A DNA stretch of 45,508 nucleotides from a virus. The notes beneath the pieces are model-generated. The model was not told where the DNA came from. It ran no database searches and worked only from the letters and a program-made list of their open reading frames with translations. The position numbers and the translations under genes are program-made. Positions 7,088-13,419 of this stretch are shown here, piece by piece. How positions within the stretch are numbered: the first letter of the stretch is position 1; the number at the start of each line of letters is the position of its first letter. The stretch spans positions 1 to 45,508 of IMG/VR virus record IMGVR_UViG_3300031565_000079; one strand, 5' to 3'.

Positions 7088-7854
7088 AATTCACCCCCGA
7101 ATGTCCTTCCTTCAAAAGTAAATTTACCTTTAATAATTACTGGCACATATAAGTTATACATACCATCTTCCCTTACATAAAGAACTCCAAAAGCATTCAC
7201 CCATCTATTCATTCTTCCCCTCATAAATTCAGGACTGGTATCACATAAGCATCCGATAGATTGAGCAGTATGAAAACCTTGATAGTCGTCAATAGTAACT
7301 TTTGTATAGGATTGCATATCATGAGTATGACAATAAACACAACTTTTACTGAAACTATCAACAGTTTTAGCAGCATGATATTTATTGGTGTATATTCCAT
7401 GAAAAGCAAAAAGTTTTCCATATTTTTTAATGCCTCTCTTATTATCTTTTATCCAAGGTATCCACTCCCAATCTCTCTCTTTTAACCGTAATTTTATTTC
7501 AGGTTCTATACTCCCCTTTAAAGTAGTGTCTTTCCTTGTTACTATATTTACCCAGTCTTCGTGATTACCACCCATGTACGTCTTTTCACAACTTTTGGGT
7601 AGTAACTTTTCTAATGGAGTGAGGATGTCAGCATCAAAAGTATCATAGTCTTGTTGAATTCTCTTCCCCACAAAATATTCATTATCTTGTTGTTTCTTTT
7701 TCCAGTGGTTGACAGAATCCATATTCATACCATCTCCAAGAATGTTTATGGCATGAGGTTTAAACCATTTAATGAACTGAAAGACAGCACCCACAGCAGG
7801 TTTATTATGATGTGGATGGTGAAAGTCAGGTAGTAAAACTATTTTATTAATCAA
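7084..7854 (-). CDS. Calcineurin-like metallophosphoesterase
   Basis: Track ORF of 256 aa with a TTG start after agaggtga. Motifs are PDFHHPH (DxH), ILGDGMNMD (GD), GGNHEDW (GNHE), AFHG and CHTHD (GHxH-like). Confidence 0.7.
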   Translation of the reverse strand: MINKIVLLPDFHHPHHNKPAVGAVFQFIKWFKPHAINILGDGMNMDSVNHWKKKQQDNEYFVGKRIQQDYDTFDADILTPLEKLLPKSCEKTYMGGNHEDWVNIVTRKDTTLKGSIEPEIKLRLKERDWEWIPWIKDNKRGIKKYGKLFAFHGIYTNKYHAAKTVDSFSKSCVYCHTHDMQSYTKVTIDDYQGFHTAQSIGCLCDTSPEFMRGRMNRWVNAFGVLYVREDGMYNLYVPVIIKGKFTFEGRTFGGEL

Positions 7855-7879
7855 TTAATCACCTCTTTATTTTTTTTAA

Positions 7880-7898
7880 GGGCGGGGCAAACCCGCCC
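7880..7898. other. GC-rich hairpin GGGCGGG-gcaaa-CCCGCCC in the 5' leader of the phosphoesterase operon
   Basis: Perfect 7-bp stem with no U-tract on either strand, so it is not a classical terminator. Confidence 0.4.
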
Positions 7899-7944
7899 TA
7901 CCAAAGGAGAACTAAAAATGAAAAAGTTAGTAGTAGTTGCAGGC

Positions 7945-7980
7945 AAATAAAAAAGACCGAATCTCTCTTGAGACTCGGTC
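7945..7980 (-). terminator. Rho-independent terminator after the HTH gene
   Basis: The minus strand reads GACCGAGTCTC-aaga-GAGATTCGGTC followed by TTTTTTATTT. The stem is 11 bp and includes a G-U pair that exists only on the minus strand. Confidence 0.8.
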
Positions 7981-8099
7981 TCGTTCTTACTAAATTTCAA
8001 TCGGACAAAAGTTCGCTAATATATCTTATGTAAAGTAAACTCTACAGAATACAATAAAATCAACTATAACCGAATCTCTTTTATTGTCCTTATAATTTT

Positions 8100-8306
8100 T
8101 TAGATTTCAATCCCCCTTTCTCTATAAAAATTTCTAATATCTTCCAAAGCTTCTTCAAGTGCTTTAATAAGTAAAGGATGTGGTTTAGTTCCATTTCTCC
8201 ATCGTCTAATCGTTCTTGAGGATATTTCAGCTCTCTTTGCGACATCCTCGATAGTGAGTCCAGTTTTTTCTTTAATTTTTATTACTTGATTTAACAAATC
8301 GTCCAA
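8100..8306 (-). CDS. Small HTH (Cro/XRE-like) transcriptional regulator
   Basis: Track ORF of 68 aa with a TTG start. The HTH segment is LTIEDVAKRAEISSRTIRRWRNG. The gene has its own promoter and terminator. Confidence 0.65.
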   Translation of the reverse strand: MDDLLNQVIKIKEKTGLTIEDVAKRAEISSRTIRRWRNGTKPHPLLIKALEEALEDIRNFYRERGIEI

Positions 8307-8346
8307 ACACTCTTACGTCAGCAAAATTGCCTATCCTCCATTTTTT

Positions 8347-8362
8347 ATCTTACGTATAAGAT
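8347..8362. promoter_or_regulatory. Palindromic operator candidate ATCTTA-N4-TAAGAT overlapping the -10 of the HTH promoter
   Basis: The plus strand reads atcttacgtataagat. The half-site TCTTACGT recurs at 8311-8318, just upstream of the HTH start codon. Confidence 0.5.
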
Positions 8363-8386
8363 AGCACAAAATCACTCAGAAGTCAA
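8358..8386 (-). promoter_or_regulatory. Sigma70-type promoter TTGACT-N17-TATCTT (with TGc extended -10) for the HTH gene
   Basis: The minus strand reads ttgacttctgagtgattttgtgctatctt. It shares TTGACTT and 15 identical nt (attttgtgctatctt) with the lipoprotein promoter at 12915-12943. Confidence 0.65.
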
Positions 8387-8393
8387 ATTAATT

Positions 8394-8966
8394 TTAAAAC
8401 TCGAACGTAACTCCAGCCGTAATACCAGAATAAGTTGGATGTAGAGGGACAAGATTCAGACCCGTAAATAAACCAAATCTATTTCTTTTCAGTAACTCAT
8501 TAATGATGTCCTGTTGCACTTTCATTAAAGATTGCAAATTCTTCACAACTTCCATTAAGGCTTGATTATCAGCCTCTGCTTCGGTATAGAGCTTCTGATA
8601 TCCGATCGCAATTTCGGCGATGTCTTTATAAGCAATTAAGAGTTCAGAATACGTATCGGGGATAATCAGATTCTCTATAGTAGGAATTGTTATCCCCACA
8701 ATACTAACAGAAGCCAGAAGACATACAATAATAAAAACTCTAAAATGTTTTTTTAGCCGATCAGCCAAATCTTTAGCCTCTTCTTTTCTATTCTCAATTC
8801 TCTTCTCTATTTTTTTTACTTTCTCTTCTTCTACTTTGGCTTCTGCTTTTACCTCGTTAATTTTCTCTTTGAGTTTTGAATTATCCCTTCTTGTAAAAAA
8901 TACATACACCAATACAGAAAAAATAATCGCAAAAGCACCTGTTATCCAGTTCCATATATTTTTCAT
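8394..8966 (-). CDS. Membrane protein with an N-terminal TM helix, a Lys/Glu coiled coil and a second TM helix; candidate spanin-like lysis accessory protein
   Basis: Track ORF of 190 aa. TM1 is ITGAFAIIFSVLVYVFF, followed by the coiled coil KLKEKINEVKAEAKVEEEKVKK and TM2 VFIIVCLLASVSIVGITI. The C-terminus ends GVTFEF. It is the last gene of the lysis cluster. Confidence 0.6.
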   Translation of the reverse strand: MKNIWNWITGAFAIIFSVLVYVFFTRRDNSKLKEKINEVKAEAKVEEEKVKKIEKRIENRKEEAKDLADRLKKHFRVFIIVCLLASVSIVGITIPTIENLIIPDTYSELLIAYKDIAEIAIGYQKLYTEAEADNQALMEVVKNLQSLMKVQQDIINELLKRNRFGLFTGLNLVPLHPTYSGITAGVTFEF

Positions 8967-9112
8967 ACTTTACCTCCTTTCTTAAAAATCAGATTCCATA
9001 TCTTTTTAGGTACGACCATAATTATATGCCAGTACCATTTACTACAGCTAACGATATTAAAAATTGTATATATCGCAGTTGCTGATAAAAACACGTAAAA
9101 TACAATATTCAT
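8963..9112 (-). CDS. Small membrane protein (49 aa) in the lysis cluster
   Basis: Start trimmed to the ATG at 9112, which follows ggaggtggaaaATG. The protein begins MNIVFYVFLSATAIYTIFNIV. It has an ATGA overlap with the next gene. Confidence 0.55.
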   Translation of the reverse strand: MNIVFYVFLSATAIYTIFNIVSCSKWYWHIIMVVPKKIWNLIFKKGGKV

Positions 9113-9122
9113 TTTCCACCTC

Positions 9123-9572
9123 CTACGGGGTACAAATCCCACCTTCACACTTATATTCTTTTCTTTCTCTTTTCTCTTTCTTTAATAGGGAATTTATTTT
9201 ATCCTGAATATACTTCTTTGTTTGTAATCCGATAATTCGGTCAACTTCTTTTCCTTCTTTGAATAAGATCAATGTAGGTATTCCTAAAACTCTGTACTTC
9301 ACATAGATATCCCTACTATTGTCGATGTCTAACTTAAATACTTTTAGTGTCGGATTGTCCTTTGCCAATTCCTCTACAATGGGAGCTAATTTTTTACAAG
9401 GTGAACACCAATCAGCGTAGAAGTCCACCATCGCAAATTTCGCCTCAAGAACTATGTTCCAAGTCTCACTATTCACTTCTATCACCTTATTCTCCTCCCC
9501 TGGTGTGGTGATTCCATCGGAACAGCCACAAAATAATATCAAACTCAAAATTAATACAAATAATATTCTCAT
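9123..9572 (-). CDS. Exported (probably lipid-anchored) thioredoxin-fold protein
   Basis: Track ORF of 149 aa. The signal sequence is MRILFVLILSLILFCGCSDG, the active site is DFYADWCSPCKKL (CxxC), and a cis-Pro region GIPTLILF is present. Confidence 0.75.
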   Translation of the reverse strand: MRILFVLILSLILFCGCSDGITTPGEENKVIEVNSETWNIVLEAKFAMVDFYADWCSPCKKLAPIVEELAKDNPTLKVFKLDIDNSRDIYVKYRVLGIPTLILFKEGKEVDRIIGLQTKKYIQDKINSLLKKEKRERKEYKCEGGICTP

Positions 9573-10015
9573 TTATTTACCTCCTTATATAAATCTATTA
9601 CTCGGTTAATCCAACCTCTTATGTAAAGTTTTGCAGTTTTGCATTTAGTATAAAATTCTATTCTTTTTAAAAGATAATCTCTCCAATCAGCGGACACACC
9701 TAAAAACTCTTTTGCTCTACTTATTCCACAGTTAACCGCTGTATCGAAAACGATTAAGTTAAGTGGTGAAGTTAACTGGTCACAATTAGCCTTTAGCCAG
9801 TAGTTCTCGTAATAAATTTTTTCAGCTATTGCAAACGCTTCGTCTTTCTTCTGTTTATTAAAAAGTTCTTCTATCTCCATAACTTCTTTAGGATGACTAC
9901 GGTAAGAGATACCCCAAATAGTTAAACCACCAGGGTCTTTGGGGTCATTGCTTATAAAGCCTTCCCACTTCAATACAAACTTAATTGCCTTCTCGAAATC
10001 CTTATTTGTTTCCAT
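9569..10015 (-). CDS. Endolysin, glycoside hydrolase family 108-like
   Basis: Track ORF of 148 aa. KWEGFISNDPKDPGGLTIWGISYR matches the GH108 EGGxxxDPxDxGGxTxxGI signature. Confidence 0.7.
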   Translation of the reverse strand: METNKDFEKAIKFVLKWEGFISNDPKDPGGLTIWGISYRSHPKEVMEIEELFNKQKKDEAFAIAEKIYYENYWLKANCDQLTSPLNLIVFDTAVNCGISRAKEFLGVSADWRDYLLKRIEFYTKCKTAKLYIRGWINRVIDLYKEVNK

Positions 10016-10241
10016 TTAATTTAGATATCTCCAGTCGGAGTTCAACAACCTGTCCAGTATTCATGTCTACCGCATCTTTCACACTTGCTGTATTAGCAGA
10101 ATCTGCCTGAACAATAACCGCTAAATCTTTTATTACATCTTTTAATCCGTTTACTGTGGGTATTAACTTCCATAAAAGAAAGAAAGTTATTGCAGCGGGT
10201 ATCCCAACTGTGGTTACAATGTTTACTATATCAAATTCCAT
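10002..10241 (-). CDS. Holin-like single-TM protein
   Basis: Start trimmed to the ATG at 10241, which follows aaaaggagtgattttaATG. The TM segment is VTTVGIPAAITFFLLWKLIP. The gene lies immediately upstream of the endolysin and overlaps it. Confidence 0.5.
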   Translation of the reverse strand: MEFDIVNIVTTVGIPAAITFFLLWKLIPTVNGLKDVIKDLAVIVQADSANTASVKDAVDMNTGQVVELRLEISKLNGNK

Positions 10242-10246
10242 TAAAA

Positions 10247-11908
10247 TCACTCCTTTTCAACTTTACTTATGTCCCCTTTTTCTTTAATTACTTTAGTCCA
10301 GTCGTCTTTACTTTTAGATACTTTAGTCGTATCTCCTTTTTCTTTACTCACCAGAATCCAATCATCCTTTCCTTTTTCTACTTTAGTAGAATCAGCTTTT
10401 TCTTTTATTACTTTTACCCAATGATAAATAGCTTTAAGATTTGCAGTTATAGATGAAACAATATTTACCGTAGAATTTAAAGCTCTTAATATACCACTAC
10501 TTAAAACCGAAGTTATAGATGTCGCAATATTAACCGTTGAAGTTAATGCTTCTTTGATACCTCTACTTAAAGACGAGATTATCGAAGTTGTAATCGCCGA
10601 TGTACTGGTTAATGTTGCCTTAATTCCCCTGCTCAATACTGAAATTATTGACGTTGTTATTGCTGATGTTGAATTTAATACCTCTTTAATTCCTCTACTT
10701 AAAAGTGATGTAATCGATACTGCGATATTTGTCGTAGAGGTTAACGCTTCCGTTATTCCTCTACCTAAAGAAACTCCTCCACCTGTTCCATAAAGACTGA
10801 TTGTTTTATTAGCAACCAATGTAAATCCGACATTATCACAAGGAATTTGGTCGTATACATTATACCAAGTACCGGTAGCAGGAGTTAGACTGTCCACGTC
10901 TATCTTACCTGCACTTCCCCATAACCCAATATAATCTCCTTCTTCTACATCGATATCAACAACAAAGGTTTGTTTAGACCCAACAAGAACAACACCTGCA
11001 CCATTTCCATTATCAACGGTTTCATAATCACGAGTAGTTAAATTATTCCCGCTTGCCGAAAAAGTAGCCACCTTGCAGCCAGCTATCTGTGTATTAGCCC
11101 AAATCTCTACTTTAGTTATCTTCCCAGTAGCATTGGCAGGGTTATTTGCATCTACTCTTGTGGAGAAAGTATAATTATCATTGCTATTTATAGCTGGACT
11201 ACCTATATTAATTTCCCCACCAATAAAACACACTATAGTTGCTACAGAGTTTAAAGCTATAGCACTAATGCCATATACACTCATACAATAATTAGCAGCC
11301 AAAGTAAAAGTTGTATTAACGCAGGCAGTTTGGTCGCCTGCTAAATAATAAACTCCACTACCACCACTGGTATCACATTCAAGTTGGGCAGCTTCGGCTG
11401 TAAAATATAATCCGATATGATCCCCCATCGTTACAGGAAGATTAACGGCAAAACGTTTAGCAGAACCAGCTGCTATGGCACCAAGATTACTACTTGCGGA
11501 ACGAGCAGTAAATTTAGCAGGGTAACCAGTTGGGTCAGGACGATAAAAAATCGCTGCGTAAGCCCCAGTCATAGACACTGCTGCCCAAATATCAACACTT
11601 GTAATTACCCCTGTAGCGTTAGCAGGGTTAGTTAAATCTATAGAAGTATAATTTCCATATAAATAAGAATCCCTACCAATGCAATCGCTACCTATATCTA
11701 TTTCAGTCAAATTTAGTCTATCTACTTTATTTAGAATTTCTATTCTTTTGTCAATGAGTGTAAAATCGAGTTTATGTTGAAGTCCACAATGAGGACAAAC
11801 CAATATATTATTCTCGTAGATATTACCTTTAATTTCATATCCTTTATGGCAAGAACAACATTGTATTAAAGAATCATCTATTGGTGTTCCTATACTAATT
11901 TGACCCAT
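10247..11908 (-). CDS. Tail fibre/receptor-binding protein with an N-terminal zinc ribbon, a duplicated beta domain and two C-terminal tandem-repeat arrays
   Basis: Track ORF of 553 aa. It has CCSCHK...CPHCG, then NPANATGVITSVDIWAA and NPANATGKITKVEIWAN, about five 21-aa repeats (SRGIKEALTSTxxIxTSIxSxL) and three 17-aa repeats (DDWxKVxKEKGDxxKV). Confidence 0.65.
   Translation of the reverse strand: MGQISIGTPIDDSLIQCCSCHKGYEIKGNIYENNILVCPHCGLQHKLDFTLIDKRIEILNKVDRLNLTEIDIGSDCIGRDSYLYGNYTSIDLTNPANATGVITSVDIWAAVSMTGAYAAIFYRPDPTGYPAKFTARSASSNLGAIAAGSAKRFAVNLPVTMGDHIGLYFTAEAAQLECDTSGGSGVYYLAGDQTACVNTTFTLAANYCMSVYGISAIALNSVATIVCFIGGEINIGSPAINSNDNYTFSTRVDANNPANATGKITKVEIWANTQIAGCKVATFSASGNNLTTRDYETVDNGNGAGVVLVGSKQTFVVDIDVEEGDYIGLWGSAGKIDVDSLTPATGTWYNVYDQIPCDNVGFTLVANKTISLYGTGGGVSLGRGITEALTSTTNIAVSITSLLSRGIKEVLNSTSAITTSIISVLSRGIKATLTSTSAITTSIISSLSRGIKEALTSTVNIATSITSVLSSGILRALNSTVNIVSSITANLKAIYHWVKVIKEKADSTKVEKGKDDWILVSKEKGDTTKVSKSKDDWTKVIKEKGDISKVEKE
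10250..10790. repeat. In-frame coding tandem repeats (units of about 51 nt at 10250-10440 and about 63 nt at 10443-10790)
   Basis: Diverged DNA repeats are visible, for example attcctctacttaaa and atacctctacttaaa recurring with 63-nt phasing. They correspond to the protein repeats listed for the CDS. Confidence 0.7.
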
Positions 11909-11918
11909 AAGTTACTCC

Positions 11919-12716
11919 TTAATCTAACGTAATATCCAATGCACCGATAGCATATTCAGCTACGTCATTAATACCGATTACTTTAGTGGGGTCTATTGTT
12001 GCCCAGATTAACGTATTCGTTGCACTTGCTGCATCGGTCAAATGATTCAGTAATAAGAAAAACGCTACCGTTCCCCACGAAGCGGTTGCGGTGTCAAAGG
12101 TTATTGCAGCGGTGTTCTGAGTCGCACCAGCAACAGCAGCATCCCAGCCATTACAAACTTCACGAGCATAAGCACCACCTGATACTTCAGTTCCAGCGAC
12201 TCCCGAATCTGTTGGACTTGCGGTAAATAGAGCTACATACAAGTTGGTTTCTACTGTATATGGGGTTGTCTTGAACACATGGTCTAATAACTTGTTTGCA
12301 AGATTATTACATACTCCGCCAGCACTGAAAACGACATCTATATCGCCTGCTACAATGTATAAGTTAGTTCCGATAGGACAAGTCTTACTTACTGTGAAAT
12401 CTCCGTGAGCCAAGAAGTTACCAGCCGTTATTGCGTCAAAGATAGCCCAGTATGCAATAGTTCCCCAGTCTGCGGCAGCTTGTGCAAAAGTTATCTGGTT
12501 TGTATTCGCTGTTGCTCTTGCAACAGCAGCATTCCAAACATTCATAACTACCCTTGCATAACCGCCCCCCGATGGTTCGGCTATACCTGCTCCTGTGTCT
12601 AATGGGTCAGTGGTAGATAACGCTATGTAGATGTTTGCTGGTACTGAAAATGGTGTAGTTTTTAATACGTGGTCTAATAGTTTAATCTCTAATGCATCAC
12701 TTAATGAACCTGCCAT
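11919..12716 (-). CDS. Tail fibre/receptor-binding-type protein made of two tandem copies of one domain
   Basis: Track ORF of 265 aa. LLDHVLKTTPF...YIALSTTDP...GGGYARV...WNAAV...ITFAQAA.DWGTI recurs as LLDHVFKTTPY...YVALFTASP...GGAYARE...WDAAV...ITFDTAT.SWGTV. Confidence 0.6.
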   Translation of the reverse strand: MAGSLSDALEIKLLDHVLKTTPFSVPANIYIALSTTDPLDTGAGIAEPSGGGYARVVMNVWNAAVARATANTNQITFAQAAADWGTIAYWAIFDAITAGNFLAHGDFTVSKTCPIGTNLYIVAGDIDVVFSAGGVCNNLANKLLDHVFKTTPYTVETNLYVALFTASPTDSGVAGTEVSGGAYAREVCNGWDAAVAGATQNTAAITFDTATASWGTVAFFLLLNHLTDAASATNTLIWATIDPTKVIGINDVAEYAIGALDITLD

Positions 12717-12781
12717 GAAAAATCATTCCTTTCTTTTTTTTATCACCCCCTTTATAAATTTAATAGATACTATTTAAGAAA

Positions 12782-12819
12782 CCCCCCCTACATCGCCGAT
12801 AGGCGATTATACCCCCCCC
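12782..12819. repeat. Homopolymer pair C7 (12782-12788) and C8 (12812-12819) flanking the palindrome ATCGCCGATAGGCGAT (12792-12807)
   Basis: Counted base by base on the plus strand as acccccccta catcgccgat aggcgattat acccccccct. Confidence 0.9.
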
Positions 12820-12834
12820 TTTTTTGGATATCAA
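12806..12834 (-). promoter_or_regulatory. Consensus-like sigma70 promoter TTGATA-N17-TATAAT for the tail-fibre genes; its spacer contains a G8 run
   Basis: The minus strand reads ttgata tccaaaaaagggggggg tataat, with -35 at 12829-12834, -10 at 12806-12811 and a spacer of exactly 17 nt. Confidence 0.65.
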
Positions 12835-12895
12835 GTTGCATTTCTTAAAAAGAGCTGTATCTCTTATTAAGAAAGCGTTAAAAAAAAATCAGTAT

Positions 12896-12910
12896 GTTTC
12901 TCTGCGAAAC
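12896..12910 (-). promoter_or_regulatory. Conserved 15-nt motif GTTTCGCAGAGAAAC, copy 3, sitting 4 nt upstream of the -35 of the lipoprotein promoter
   Basis: Exact 15-mer lying between the two divergent promoters. Confidence 0.55.
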
Positions 12911-12914
12911 ACTA

Positions 12915-12943
12915 TTGACTTTTCCGTCATTTTGTGCTATCTT
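12915..12943 (+). promoter_or_regulatory. Sigma70-type promoter TTGACT-N17-TATCTT (TGc extended -10) for the plus-strand lipoprotein cassette
   Basis: The sequence is ttgacttttccgtcattttgtgctatctt. It is near-identical to the HTH gene promoter at 8358-8386. Confidence 0.65.
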
Positions 12944-12959
12944 GTTTAAGGGTATTAAT

Positions 12960-13418
12960 ATGAGAATTAAATATCTTGTTATTTTATTTTTAATATTACT
13001 CTTAACTGGTTGTGGTGGAGTTACTACACCATCAATTAATGTGTCTGGCAATTGGACAATGACCAGCATTACTACATCAACTACTACTCCATTCTTTCAT
13101 GTTGGTTTGGTAACAACCTCAAAATGCAATATTGTTGATAATTCTGGTTCATTAACTATCTATGGTTTCCATATTATCGGTTCAGAATTTTTCAACTGGA
13201 ATACAGGTTACGGAACATTCAACAATTCTATTATTACTGCAAATATAAGTGGTAGTTATATCAATGTTTATGGTTCAACCGTATCTACTATCGTTTATTT
13301 TGAAGGTACTATTAATCCCAATGGTATCTCTGGGAGCGGAACTTGGGTTCAAACATTGAGCGTATATGGCTATTTTGATTCCGCTTCAGGAACTACTATT
13401 TTTATTAAAGGTGGTTAG
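12960..13418 (+). CDS. Lipoprotein (152 aa), opposite-strand moron next to the tail-fibre genes; candidate superinfection-exclusion factor
   Basis: Start trimmed to the ATG at 12960. The signal plus lipobox is MRIKYLVILFLILLLTGCGG, and the mature part is Thr/Ser/Gly/Asn-rich. Confidence 0.7.
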   Translation: MRIKYLVILFLILLLTGCGGVTTPSINVSGNWTMTSITTSTTTPFFHVGLVTTSKCNIVDNSGSLTIYGFHIIGSEFFNWNTGYGTFNNSIITANISGSYINVYGSTVSTIVYFEGTINPNGISGSGTWVQTLSVYGYFDSASGTTIFIKGG

Positions 13419-13419
13419 T

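Noticed and set aside
7221-7421. Same-strand alternative-frame ORFs nested inside larger genes (7221-7421, 18574-18759, 20400-20618, 22013-22201, 44765-44959).
   Set aside because: They are nested in clearly coding frames that carry recognisable motifs or continuous long ORFs. They have no independent RBS.
7918-7950. 10-codon plus-strand mini-ORF MKKLVVVAGK with a good SD (aaaggaga), between the GC hairpin and the terminator.
   Set aside because: It is too short to support. It lies on the strand opposite to all local transcription signals I can see, and it is probably a chance ORF.
10443-10790. Regularly spaced 63-nt repeats that might suggest a CRISPR array.
   Set aside because: The repeats are diverged, contiguous without unique spacers, in frame, and translate into the 21-aa repeats of the tail-fibre protein. 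There are no cas genes.
10247-12716. Diversity-generating retroelement targeting the fibre genes.
   Set aside because: I recognised no reverse transcriptase ORF (no YxDD-containing protein) anywhere in the window. I also saw no template/variable repeat pair differing at adenines.
12878-13069. Minus-strand ORF 12878-13069 opposite the lipoprotein gene, and the long form of the plus ORF starting at 12894.
   Set aside because: The region holds the plus-strand promoter and the signal peptide of the lipoprotein. The 12894 start would lie upstream of that promoter's -35 and inside the 15-nt motif.
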